This document shows positions 1 through 12,203 of a DNA stretch of 64,000 nucleotides, one piece after another. Made by a program: the position numbers and the translations under genes. The stretch's first letter is position 1, and each line of letters opens with the position of its first letter. The stretch covers positions 95,728,001 to 95,792,000 of the forward strand of contig NC_043003.1 of assembly GCF_006345805.1 (NCBI RefSeq), given 5' to 3'. The DNA comes from Octopus sinensis (Eukaryota). The notes beneath the pieces were generated by a model. It was given only the letters and a program-made list of their open reading frames with translations, ran no database searches and was not told the origin of the DNA.

Positions 1-95
1 AATTAAGTACCAGTTATGCACTGGGTCGATGTAATCGACTTAATCCGTTTGCCTGTCCTTGTTTAGCCCCTTGTAGGTAGTAAAGAAATAGGTAT
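1..95 (+). mobile_element. 3' part of SINE family C (central domain ...ggtcgataaattaagtaccagt..., tail ...gtaaagaaataggtat)
   Basis: Matches the fuller copies at 36868-37102 (-) and 40830-41060 (+). Confidence 0.85.
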
Positions 96-1511
96 GATGC
101 ATAATTTTGAAGCCTTTGGTAGTCACAGGAAGATTAAATGATATGAAAACATTTTTAATCCTTTTGATGCCTATTTCTTTACTATCCACAAAGGGACTTA
201 ATCTGCTTGTCTGTCCTTGTTTGTCCCCTCTATGTTTAGCCCCTTGTGGGTAATAAAGAAACAGATAATGGATGCAGGTTGAATTCATCAACTACAGCTC
301 CACAGTAGCATTTGTCTGGCTTACACTTGTGGAGACCAAGGTAGTGGGCCACCCCAGTACGAGTGCATTCATCATCAAGAAAGGTACCAGTTGATGGGGA
401 GGGTACTAAATTGAGCCATATGCTGCTGTTTGGCTGTCAAGCAGAATGGAGTCAGCTAAGGTGGTGCTAGTTCAAAGAAGCCTCAGTCTACCTGAAGGTA
501 GACCTGTGTTTGATGTTGTCCCAGTTACTTTAGACATCTGTATTCTGGATGGCAAGGCCCCCCAGAATATAGAGGATTGACAGAAACTGTGTGGAAGCCT
601 GGTGTGTGTGTGTGTTTGTGCCTGAGTTTCTCCTCTAGCCCATCATTTGACAACTGGTGTTGGTTTATTTACATCCTTGTAACTTTTAACATTTTTACAA
701 AAGAGACTGATAGAATAAATGCCAGATTAAAAAAACACACAAGTACAGAGGTTGATCTGTAAAACCCTTCAAGGCTGTGTCCCAGCAAGGCCACAGTCTA
801 AAGATGAAGACAAATAAAAGAAAGACAATAAAAGATGACCTTCTTACTTGAAAAACTGAAGAATGGTAATTAAACTGTAACAGGACCTATTTCTTTTCTG
901 ACCTTTTATGTTCAACCAGTCATAAGTAGGCTCCACACATTAATCTTTAATGATTGATCGTTTGACTTATCATGTGAGTTTGGAACATTTGGTTGAGTCT
1001 TGTATTTTGATCGGGGATATGGATTTCGGATCCAATCACGTTACATGTAATAAATCTTCAAGCAATTAATCTGAACCATCGCTGTGAGCCCATTTTTGCC
1101 TATAAATAGCTTTGTCAAATCTGTTATGGGCAGAGAGGTGAGAGATTTTCCTGGAGCACGTGTTATGATATTTTCCTGTTATAATAGCACTTTAACCAAT
1201 GATGGCCAGAGTTGAATATTTTTCTAATGATGGATGAACTTTACAACCAACAGAATTCTTGATGAGTATTTTAGTCCACTGTATAATTTAGCAGAAGAAT
1301 AAAGTCTCGTTATTTTTAAGTTTGTTTCATGTATCATTTCCGTGAGTGAAGATACAGCATATATCATATAATGGCATGCAAGATTCTGTAGTAAACCAAG
1401 AGAGATTTTATATCTAACCACTGCTAAAGCTTTAGTTAAAATGCTTGTTTCTCTACCAAACACTCATTCTTTTATCCAAACGCAATGTAGTGTTTGATAA
1501 GGAAGTATATG

Positions 1512-1727
1512 CAGGGTGTTCATAAATTATCTTTACAATTTCCACAATTTATTGCATTGTGTCATCTAGAAGTGTTGCGAGCAACCGATGGAATTCATAT
1601 GGTAGTGTTCTGATGTTTCTAATAGATCTTCATTTGTTTGCCTATAAACTCTGATGAGTTAGCCTTATTTCTAATTTTTTTTTTTTTCTGAATTTTTCTA
1701 TTGTAAAGATGAATTATGGACACCCTG
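1512..1727. mobile_element. Tc1/mariner-type MITE (~216 bp)
   Basis: Imperfect ~28-bp TIRs: CAGGGTGTTCATAAATTATCTTTACAAT at left, reverse complement CAGGGTGTCCATAATTCATCTTTACAAT at right, with TA after the right TIR. The same TIR occurs solo at ~44686-44715. Confidence 0.75.
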
Positions 1728-1728
1728 T

Positions 1729-1798
<70 letters not shown>

Positions 1799-1885
1799 CT
1801 ACCAAAACCACCATCATCACCACCTTCGTCAACAACAACACCACTGCTGCCACCACCACCACCATCAACATCATCATCATCATCA
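1729..1885. repeat. (CAT)n/(CAC)n trinucleotide microsatellite
   Basis: Direct reading; source of the poly-S/H/M/D ORFs. Confidence 0.95.
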
Positions 1886-2140
1886 TTGTCATTGTTTAGT
1901 GTCCATTTTCCATGTTGGCATGGTTTAAAAGAAAATATAGAAATACAATTAACTGTATGAGCAATGAAAGATAAAAAGAATCGGATCAACTTGAATTATT
2001 CCAAGCAACAGCATACAATTCCAATTAAGTAACCTAATTAGCTCTGAGACTTAATTAATATAAAGAAGTTATAGAAAGATCCTATTAAGTGACCTAATTA
2101 CAGGTGGTACAATATCTAAGATATGAGATTATTTATTTGC

Positions 2141-2352
2141 TTACTCTTTTACTCTTTGATTTGTTTCAGTCATTTGACTGCAGCCATGCTGGAGCACCGC
2201 CTTTAGTCGAGCAAATTGACCCCGGGACTTATTCTTTGTAAGCCTAGTACTTATTCTATCGGTCTCTTTTGCCAAACCACTAAGTGACTGGAACGTAAAC
2301 ACACCAGCATCGGTTGTCAAGCAATGCTAGGGAGACAAACACAGACACACAA

Positions 2353-2400
<48 letters not shown>

Positions 2401-2557
2401 GACAGGCTTCTTTCAGTTTCCGTCTTCCAAATCCACTCACAAGGCTTTGTTCGGCCCGAGGCTATAGTAGAAGACACTTGCCCAAGATGCCACGCAGTGG
2501 GACTGAACCCGGAACCATGTGGCTGGTTAGCAAGCTACTTACCACACAGCCACTCCT
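2141..2557 (-). mobile_element. Full-length SINE family A (tRNA-like head, CORE-like ccttgggcaagt region, internal microsatellite, tail ending in (AAAGAGTA)n)
   Basis: A-box-like tggctgtgtggt and B-box-like gggttcagtcc on the minus strand; more than ten similar copies in the window. Confidence 0.9.
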
Positions 2558-2732
2558 ACATACATACATATATGTATATATATAAGAAGAAAAAAGGGAT
2601 AAAAAAGCAAACAATTGTTGGCTTTGTATAGCGAATTCTACAATTAAAAACGTGATTTTCACTATCTGCATTTTGTTATATATATATATATGTATGTATG
2701 TATGTATATATATATATCTGTGGATATATATG

Positions 2733-2824
<92 letters not shown>

Positions 2825-3426
2825 CCATATATATGTACATGTGTGTATACACACACACACACACACGCACACATATATAAGTATATATTCACTCACACAC
2901 ACACACACATATGATGAGCTGGACTTGTTTTAGTTTACATATACCAAATCCACTCACAGGGCTTTTGTCAGTTTAGAAGTACAAGGGAAGACATTTTACC
3001 AAGGTTCCATGCAGTGGGACTAAACTGAAAACCATATGGTCAGAATGTGACTTTCTTAACCTCTTTGCCATGTCTACACCTAGGTATAGAAATAGCTATC
3101 CCCCACCTTAATACTTATTAGATTGCTAGATTGCAATATGAGTTTTTTTATCCTCATATCAAACATCAAAAGCAAGTAAATCTGCTGTTTTGAAGTTCAT
3201 CTCTGTTCAGGTTACCAACCATGTCCCAGAGTCACAGTTACAAGGAATTCATGCAGTGAAATGATTCAACCAGATACTGAAACTTTGTCTCAGATTTCAA
3301 TCACATAGTTTGCTACCATTCACTGGCATTTGCTCTGCCAGTTAGCTGGTGGATATGAAATATAAAATTACCACCTAAAATTACCTGTTTTTGTCATGAA
3401 CAGGTAACTCTAAAAATGAGTTCTAG

Positions 3427-3659
3427 AAGAGGTACAAGTATAGCTGTGTGGTGAGAAGTTTGTTTCTTGACCCCGTGGTTCCAGGTTCAGTCCCACTGAA
3501 TGGCAAGTGTCTTTTTCTATAGCCTCAGGCTTACCAAAGCCTTATGAGTGGATTTAGTTGATTGAAACTGGGAAAGAAAAATCTGTTTTGTGTGTGTGTG
3601 TATGTGTGTGTGTGTGTGTGTATGTGTGTGCGTGTGTGTGTGTGTATGTGTGTGTGTGT

Positions 3660-3709
<50 letters not shown>

Positions 3710-3960
3710 TGTTTGTTTGTGTCTTTGTATGTCTTTGTGTCTGTGTTTGTCCCCCATCACTGCTTGGCAACTGGAACTGGTGTGTTTATGTCCCTGTAAC
3801 TTAGCAGTTCAGCAAAGAGACCACTAGAATAAGTACCAGGCATAAAATAAATAATTTAGTACTGGGGTTGTTTCATTCAACTAAAGGGAAAAAAAAATTC
3901 AAGTGGGTGCCCCAGCATGGCCACAGTCTAACGACATAAACAAGTAAAAAGGATAAAAGA
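3427..3960 (+). mobile_element. Older SINE family A copy with (TG)n spacer
   Basis: Head, CORE-like region and tail are all recognisable but diverged. Confidence 0.8.
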
Positions 3961-4548
3961 GATAAAGACAGAAAAAAATTATCAAATTTTTCGAACTGAG
4001 ACACAGAAGAAAAAGTATAGCAATCACTGCAAGCAATAAAGGAATTTTTTTATCTTTATGCAAAAAGCTGGATTAGATTCTGCATTACCGATGTTTTATA
4101 TTAGCAAAACACCACATACAAAGAAATAAAGAAAGGATTGGAGAGAATTTAAAAAATGAGCATTTTCTGTCAGATTTGAAACATGAGGGAGACATGAGGT
4201 ACCTGAAATGACTTTAAAAATGTTGCTGGGTATTAAAACTTTCAGTAACAGCAGAGGTAAGGATCAAAGTGGTGCACATATACAATATGGAAAGTGATAG
4301 GTGTTGGATTACTGATATGGATTACTAATACGTAAAACTCAAGATGTGCAGAATTACACTCGTTTAACCAGTGTATTAAAACTGGTAATAGCAATGAAAA
4401 AGACAATGTTTGTATGTGTGTATATATATATATATATATACATATAAGTTCAGCAAAATTTAGATTCAGATGAATATGGTACTTAAGTTAAAGGCACCAG
4501 AATTTTGTATGGTATTATCCATATAAATCAAATGGGGTGATTATAATC

Positions 4549-4864
4549 AAAATAAGCAACAAGGATATCCAAGGTAGAGTAGTACAATTGTTTCATGCTA
4601 CTTTATTACATCTGTAAGTATTACATCAGTTTTAAAATGTTGAGCAATCTTCAGCCACATATAGAATTTTCCAATTAAACAAACAATGCACATTCTATCC
4701 CATGAAATAGGGATAAGAATGTGCATTGTCCATTTAATTGGAAAATTCTATATGTGGCTGAAGATTGCTCGACATTTTAAAACTGATCTAATACTTACAG
4801 TGTAAAATGAAGTAGCATGAAACAATTATACTACTCTACCTTGGATATCCTTGTTGCTTATTTT
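4549..4864. repeat. Long fold-back palindrome P1
   Basis: aaaataagcaacaaggatatccaaggtagag... is matched by ...ctctaccttggatatccttgttgcttatttt; loop near 4702-4709. Confidence 0.95.
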
Positions 4865-4865
4865 A

Positions 4866-4905
<40 letters not shown>

Positions 4906-4975
4906 ATGTAGTAGTGCTCAAGAGATTTAAACTTGAGCAGGTATAGAAATAGATGTAGGGATAAGCAAGTTAGAA

Positions 4976-5227
4976 AGATCAATATATAAAGGATATTAAA
5001 TACATGAAATACAAAAAATGTATATATGTTTACATACAAAAAGGTCCGACTTACACAGAATACAAATGATATAGAGAATTAAAGGGGTTGAAAGGGGTTG
5101 TAATACTTTTCTTCAACCCCTTAATTCTCTATATCATTTGTATCCTGTATAAGTTGGACCTTTTTGTATGTAAACATATATACATATTTTATATTTCATG
5201 TATTTAATATACTTTATATATTGATCT
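4976..5227. repeat. Long fold-back palindrome P2
   Basis: agatcaatatataaag...aattaaaggggttga versus tcaaccccttaatt...ctttatatattgatct. Confidence 0.95.
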
Positions 5228-5249
5228 GTATGTATATGTATGTATGTAT

Positions 5250-5500
5250 GCATGTTTGTTTTTGAGAGTGCACGTATCCAGCATGAAGAACTTAAACAAG
5301 CTGCGCGAAAGCGCACGGCTTGTACAGTGAATGGGGAAAGCTTGGTCTGCAATGTTTGCAGTCGTGTATGCTTGTCAAGAGCAGGGCTCATTAGCCACCA
5401 ACGGAGCCGCAAAGGCAAATTATATGTTAGTCCTAGAGTGCACAATGTTCCTGAAGGTCGGCAATGGTCTTCCCCGGTCACAAGTGGACAGTCATCATCA
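5250..5500 (+). mobile_element. 3' end of an RTE-clade LINE (C2H2-type finger plus CAT tail)
   Basis: Translation ...LVCNVCSRVCLSRAGLISHQRS..., typical of the RTE/BovB-like ORF C-terminus, followed by tcatcatca. Confidence 0.7.
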
Positions 5501-5829
5501 TGTATGTATGTATGTATGTATGTATGTGTGTATGTATGCATGCATGCATGCATGCATGTATGTATGTATGTATGTATGTATGTATGCATGCATGTATGTA
5601 TGTATGTATGTATGTATGTATGGAGGTATGTATGGAGGTATGGAGGTATGTATGCATGTTTCCTTACTGTTTTTAATCGTTTAAATTCTTCCTCTGAAGA
5701 AGGAACTGGTTTCTAACAAAGATACAAAGCTCCATCTTTGGAATGTAGAGGAAAAAAATAATGTCACATTTTAAACCTAAGAAAAGTCTTGTGTTCTTTT
5801 ACAGTTCTACTTACAGATTATATTTGTTA

Positions 5830-6270
5830 TTTGTATGTATATAAGATGATACATACCTTTGCCCCTTTGTCCCAAACAACAATATCTGGCCTGTTATGCT
5901 TACATTTGACAGAAGTTTTGGTGGGAATATTCCACAAGTATTCCTTGAGTTGGTGTTTATGATTGCATTTCATAACAGAGGGATTTTCTAAGTTTATTTC
6001 AGGACAGTCTTTTTTGCGGATGGCATTGTAAATTGTTTTAGCAACATCATACTGCATAGGGAGGTAGTACCGTGCCGACATTTTAGGACAGCTGCTAATC
6101 ACAAGCATAATGTCTTCCACAGAAACATGACATAGCCTATATATGCTGTTGCACCTTGGGATTACAAGAGTGTCACTGTTTTTCTTGTTCATCAGATACT
6201 TTGTGGCAATCTCCTGTTCCTGGATTGCAAATATATAGCCTTCAAAGTGTGATGTGATGTAGTGGTCTTG
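5830..6270 (-). mobile_element. Remnant of an RLE-type non-LTR retrotransposon (R4/Dong-like): degenerate CCHC knuckle plus restriction-like endonuclease
   Basis: Translation FEGYIFAIQEQEIATK...RLCHVSVEDIMLVISSCPKMSARYYLP..DVAKTIY...HNRPDIVVWDK; the RPD motif and knuckle spacing fit RLE LINEs. Confidence 0.8.
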
Positions 6271-7200
6271 TATGTATGTATGTATGTATGTATGTATGTA
6301 TGTATGTATGTATGTATGTATGTATGTATGTATGTATGCATGCATGCATGTATGTATGTATATATGTATGTATGCATGCATGTATGTATGTATGTATGTA
6401 TGCATGTATGTATGTATGAATGTATGCATGCATGCATGTATGTATGTATATATGTATGTATGCATGCATGTATGTATGTATGTATGTATGTATGTATGTA
6501 TGTATGTATGTATGTATGTATGTATGTATGTATGTATGTATGCATGTATGTATGTATGAATGTATGCATGCATGCATGTATGTATGTATATATGTATGTA
6601 TGCATGCATGTATGTATGTATGTATGTATGCATGTATGTATGTATGAATGTATGCATGCATGCATGTATGTATGTATATATGTATGTATGCATGTATGTA
6701 TGTATGTATGTATGTATGTATGTATGTATGTATGTATGCATGTATGTATGTATGTATGTATGTATGTATGTATGTATGTATGCATGCATGTATGTATGTA
6801 TGTATGTATGTATGTATGTATGTATGCATGTATGCATGTATATACCTGGATTGCAAATACGTAGCCTCCAAAGTGTGATGCGATGTAGTGGTCTTGTATG
6901 TATGTATGTATGTATGTATATATGTATGTATGTATGTATGCATGTATGTATACATGCATGTATTCATGCATGTAAGAATGTATGTGTGTGCATGCATGTA
7001 TATATGTATGTTTGTATAAGTGTTTGCATGTATGCTTGCATTTATGCATGCATGTATGTGCGTTTGTATGTGTGTACATATGTGTGTATGTATGTATGTA
7101 TGTATGTATGTATGTATGTATGTATGTATGTATGTATGTATGTATGTATGCGTGTATATATGCATATACACATGCATTATGTTTATATGTATGTATATAA
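6270..7200. repeat. Compound (TATG)n/(TGCA) microsatellite
   Basis: Direct reading. Confidence 0.95.
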
Positions 7201-7361
7201 GTATTATTGCAACTCACACAAGAAGTTATATATGTATCTTTATCTTTTATCTTTTACAAGTTCTACACTGCCTTGAAGGATTTTAGTTGAACGAATTAAC
7301 CCAGGAAAATTATATATTTTTAAACCAGGTACTTATTGTATTGATCTGTAAACACACCAAC

Positions 7362-7441
<80 letters not shown>

Positions 7442-7490
7442 ACGAAGGTGGTTATATAAAACCAAAAAGGAAAAATTCTATTGTCACGAA

Positions 7491-8236
7491 TATTTTTGAA
7501 AATTTTCCCCAAAAATCATTGATAAATTGCCGGAAATTGCTGGAGATTGCCGGAGATTGCCAGAAATTGCCGGAGATTGCCGGAGATTGCCGGAAATTAC
7601 CGGAGATTGCCGGAAATTGCCAGAGATAGCCGGATATTGCCGTAGATTATCGGAAATTATCGGAGATTGCCGGAAATTGCCATAGATTGTCGGAGATAGC
7701 CGGAGATATCCGGAGATTGCTCCCAAAAATTTTCAAAATTTTCCCCAAAAATTATTGAAAAATTTCCGGAGATTGCCGGAAATTACCGGAAATTGCCGGA
7801 AATTGTCGGAAATTTCCGGAGATAGCCGGAAATTGCCAGAGATTGCCGGAGATATCCAGAGATGCCCCCCAAAATTTTGAAAATTTTCCCCGAAAATTAT
7901 TGATAAATTGCCAGAGATTGCCAGAGATTGCCGGAAATTACCGGAAATTGTCGGAAATTACCGGAGATTGCCGGAGATAGCCGGAGATATCTGGAGATTG
8001 CCCCCAAAATTTTTGAAAATTTTTCCCCAAAAATTATTGAAAATTTTTCCCAAAACTTTTTCAAAATTTTCCCCAAAAATTATTGAAAAATTGACGGAAA
8101 TTGCCGGAGATTACCAGAGATTGCCGGAAATTACCGGAAGTTACCGGAGATTGCCGGAAATTGCCGGAGATTGCCGGAAATTGCCATAGATTGTCGGATA
8201 TAGCCGAGATATCCGGAGATTGCCCCCCAAAATTTT
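7491..8236. repeat. 10-bp minisatellite (GCCGGARATT) with higher-order blocks
   Basis: About 50 decamers in four arrays, separated by ccccaaaaattttgaaaatttt-type spacers. Confidence 0.95.
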
Positions 8237-8545
8237 GGTGGTGGTGATGGTGGTGGTGGTGTTGATCTTGTTGGTGGATGTAGTGGTGGTGATGGCATTG
8301 ATCTTGCTGTTGTTGGTGGTGGTAGTGGTGGTATTGGTGGTGGTGGTGGTGGTGGTGGTGGTGGTGGTGGTGGTGGCGGCGGCGGCGGTGGTGGTGGTGG
8401 TAATGTTGGTGGTGGTGGTGGTGGTGGCGGTGATAATGGTGGTGGTGGTGATAATAGTGGTGGTGGTGTTAATGGTGGTGGTGCTGGTGGTGGTGGTGCT
8501 GGTGGTGGTGGTACTGGAGGTGATGGCAGTGGTGGTAGTTGTCAT
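8237..8545. repeat. (GGT)n-rich trinucleotide tract
   Basis: Direct reading. Confidence 0.95.
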
Positions 8546-8909
8546 AGCCTTTAGTACACAGTCATTCAGAAATATGGAATACCAGTTTAAATACTGTATA
8601 TAATTAATACGCTGGTTGTTAGCAGCACATTTATACAGCATGTCAGTCAAAACTGTTGATAATTAATAACTTTACTTAATGACTCATAGTTTTTTTGTTT
8701 TTTTTATCCATTAGCACAGGGATAGTCATAGGTGCTGGCAAGGCTGTGTGGTTAAGAAGTTTGCTTCTCAACTATGTAGTTTTGGGTTCATTCCTACTGC
8801 ATGACACTTGGGCAAAAGTCTTCTACTATATATAGCCCTGAGTCAACCAAAGCCTTATGAGTGGATTTGATAGATGGAAACTGAAAGGAGCTCATCTTGT
8901 GTGCATGTA

Positions 8910-9238
8910 TACATCATCATCATCATCATCATCATCGTTTAACATCTGTTTTCCGTGCTAGCACAGGTTGGACGGTTCGACTGGGCTCTGGGAAGCCAGG
9001 AGGCTGCACCAGGCTCCAGTCTGATCTGGCAGTGTTTCTACAGCTGGATGCCCTTCCTAATGCCAACCACTCCGTGAGTGTAGTGGGTGCTTTTTACGTG
9101 CCACCGGCACAAGTGCCAGGGGGGTCTGGCAGCGGCCACGATCGGTTGGTGTTTTTTACGTGCCACCGGCACAGAAGCCAGTCAAGGCAGCGCTGGCATT
9201 GGCCACGTTCGGATGGTGCTTTTTACGTGCCACCAACA
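8910..9238 (-). mobile_element. SINE family B (RTE-like 3' tail ggcgttaggaagggcatccagctgtagaaac...ttaaacgatgatga)
   Basis: Matches copies at 20780-21025, 24440-24615, 44040-44560 and 57100-57465. Confidence 0.85.
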
Positions 9239-9471
9239 CACACAATATATATTTTTATGTGCTGTTATTACTTTCATGTGCAGAGAGCATACCAGACAGT
9301 ATTTTTTAACATGTCTGGGGTTTTAGCACAATCATCAGGCATTGCCCACAGTTCATTATGCCATATTGGCAGTGCCAGATAATTGTGCTTATCAGATGTG
9401 TTAGAAAGTACTGTATGGCATGCTCTCAGTGCATGAAACTAATAGTAGCACTTAAAAATATATATTGTGTT
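9239..9471. repeat. Diverged fold-back palindrome P3
   Basis: cacaatatatattttta.gtgct..tatta.tttcatg...gagagcat.cca.acagta aligns with the reverse complement of 9365-9470. Confidence 0.85.
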
Positions 9472-9539
9472 TATTAAATAATATTTATCTCTTACCAGAT
9501 TGAGCACTTTTTTTATCTTACCATCACAGACCAGTAGCC

Positions 9540-9584
<45 letters not shown>

Positions 9585-10316
9585 ACACATGCACATACAT
9601 ACATATATATTATCATCATCATCATCATTTAACACCTGCTTTCTATGCTACATATGATGGGCTTCTTTCGGTTTCCATTTGCCAAATCCACTAACAAGTC
9701 TTTGTTCAGCATGAGGCTATGGTAGAAGACCCTTGTCCTAGGTACCAGAACCATGTGGTTGGAAAGCAAACTTCATACCACACAGCTGCCCTTGCACTTA
9801 TAATTGTTATTTTAAATCTATAGTTTTATCACTGAGAATTCAATTGCTTGTTCTACATTGTGGGATTTCTCATTGAGAGGTGAGCAGAATTAGCTTTGAC
9901 AACAATTATGATAATACTTGATACAACGAAAAAAGACCAGCAACAGTCAACCAATGAAAGTTTGACTATTGTTAGACAACAATAACAAACAACATTCATA
10001 GCAGCAACAACAACAACAGCATCAACAACAACTATACTACAACTACAAAAATCACATCAACAATGTTGCAATGGACACTGACTACAACTAGCTGATAACA
10101 ATATTATTAGCAACGACAAGAGTAACTATTACAAGGGATCCTGTGTGTGGTCTCTCAACCTGTAGCTAAAAATAGCAGCTGAATCTCTTTCAAACTGTTT
10201 CGTACAGTTTTATGAGAAAAAAAAAAAAAACAAAAGCAAAAAACGAAAAGAAAAAAAAAAAAAAGCAAAAAACGAGAAAAAAAAAAACGGGAAAAAGATA
10301 CAGTGGATTATGCAGC

Positions 10317-10351
<35 letters not shown>

Positions 10352-10719
10352 GTGATCATGATCGTTTACAAAATAAATACAAGATAAAAAAAAATTGTCA
10401 ACTTTTATTATATTCATTATATATATTGTTTCCGCTATAAATTAATATTACTAAAAAATATTACTAGTCCCTTACACATTAGAAAAAAATAAAAAAACAA
10501 CTGCCAGTATGCCACATCAGATAGTTTGAGAAGCATTGCTTAAGGTGAAGATTTTGAACAGTTGGATGCCCTTCTTTTTGGTATCTTCCACTTGTTTCCA
10601 AGCTAGGTAACAATCTCCCAGTCTACTGAGTAAAAAGCAGCCTGGACATGTACACACAGAGAACTGAAAACAAGTGACTCTGAAATGAGTGGTTTTTATC
10701 TTTTAACTTTTATCTATTG

Positions 10720-11038
10720 TCTTTTGTCTTTTATTTATTTCAGTCATTAGACTGCAGCCATGCTAAGGACTGCCTTAAGGGGTTTAGTCAAATAAATTGA
10801 CACCCAGGACTTTTTTTTAATCTTTTAAAACCTAGTACTTGTTCAATCACTCTCTTTTGCCAAGCTGCTAAGTTATGGGGATGTAAACAAACCAACTCTG
10901 GTTATCAAGCAGTGGTGGTGTACAGACACAAATACACACCACACATACCCATACACACACACACATGCACACACACTCACACGCACACACGCAACACAAT
11001 ACAACACATACACTCACAACACAACACACACACACAGC

Positions 11039-11074
<36 letters not shown>

Positions 11075-11285
11075 CATACAACACACACAATACACACGCA
11101 AACATGCACACACATGCATATTTATACATAGATGGGCTTCTTTCAGTTTGTCGACCAGAACCACCCACAAGGTTTTGGTTGGCCTTTGTTTATAGAAGAC
11201 ACTTGCCCAAGGTGCCATGCAATGGAACTGAGCCCCAAAACACACGGTTGAGAAGCAAACTTCTTAATTACACAGCCATACCTGT
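10720..11285 (-). mobile_element. Older SINE family A copy
   Basis: Tail, (CA)n spacer and head are recognisable. Confidence 0.8.
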
Positions 11286-12161
11286 CCCTCCAGATTACAC
11301 GTTTTGCCGGAAAAGCAACACCAAACAACAGTGGAGGAAATTTAAGACTTCAACGTATGGATCTCTTTACGCTAAACAATAATTACAATCATAACAACCA
11401 CAAGCACAGCAACAATAAAAGCTAACCAGTGCAAGATAAAAATAGCAATACTGGCCACGACAACAACTATTGTGGGAGCATTGACATGGGTGTTCAATTT
11501 ATTGGACACAACAACCAAATCTTCCTCAGATCAACTCTTGTCCGTGTTAAACTTGAAAGAACATATTCAGTTATGTAATCTCAGCTACCTCTAAACAGAT
11601 CAGATAGACATGGCTTAGATACTTTTGGTCATAGGTATGTTGGATCAGAGAATGATTTGGCTAAACAATGACAACAACAACAACTACTACAATATCAACA
11701 GTAAACACAAAAACACCACTAATTCACTAATCAGCCAATAGATTTCAACATAGGATTAATATAAACATTAAAGTACATACCTGATTCCACACAGTTCTTG
11801 TTTACTGAATTCTACTTACTAGATATTGGTCAACCTAAGGCTTTAGTAGAAGACACTTGCCCAGGGTGCTACATGGTAGGATCAGAACTCGGAACCTTGT
11901 GATTGTAAAAAGAACTTCTTAAGCTTGTTGCTATGCCTGTATCTAAATATGATTTCAGAAAAAAGTTGAGCACTGCACTATGTTAACTCAGCTATCAAAT
12001 GTTAGATGACCTTTAGATGAAGAATATTATTGTTATTAGCTCTCTAAGATAAAATGGTAATTGAACCAGCAGAGCATCATCATTATCATCATCATCATCA
12101 TCATTGTCACTGTCATCATCAAAGTTGTCACTGTCAACATTGTTGCCATCGTCATTATCAC

Positions 12162-12203
<42 letters not shown>

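Noticed and set aside
880-1500. Possible Tc1/maT transposase remnant on the minus strand (..SLKINVWSLLMTG..)
   Set aside because: Only one weak motif-like match amid many stops; cannot be supported without a profile search.
4766-4790. CTGAAGA..GACA inside P1, and stem-GAAA (gttgcg agg cgcaac GAAA) inside P7, as hammerheads
   Set aside because: Each has one conserved box non-canonical and no stems I/III.
7484-8189. ORFs with GNLRQSPAIS / RRLPEIAGD repeats, and a CRISPR-like appearance
   Set aside because: Translations of the 10-bp satellite; there are no unique spacers between conserved repeats and no cas genes, and the DNA is eukaryotic.
11293-11430. CpG-containing + strand frame ITRFAGKATPNNSGGNLRLQRMDLF..
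   Set aside because: The acceptor is supplied by a SINE boundary and the frame runs into (AAC)-like low complexity; no recognisable homology.
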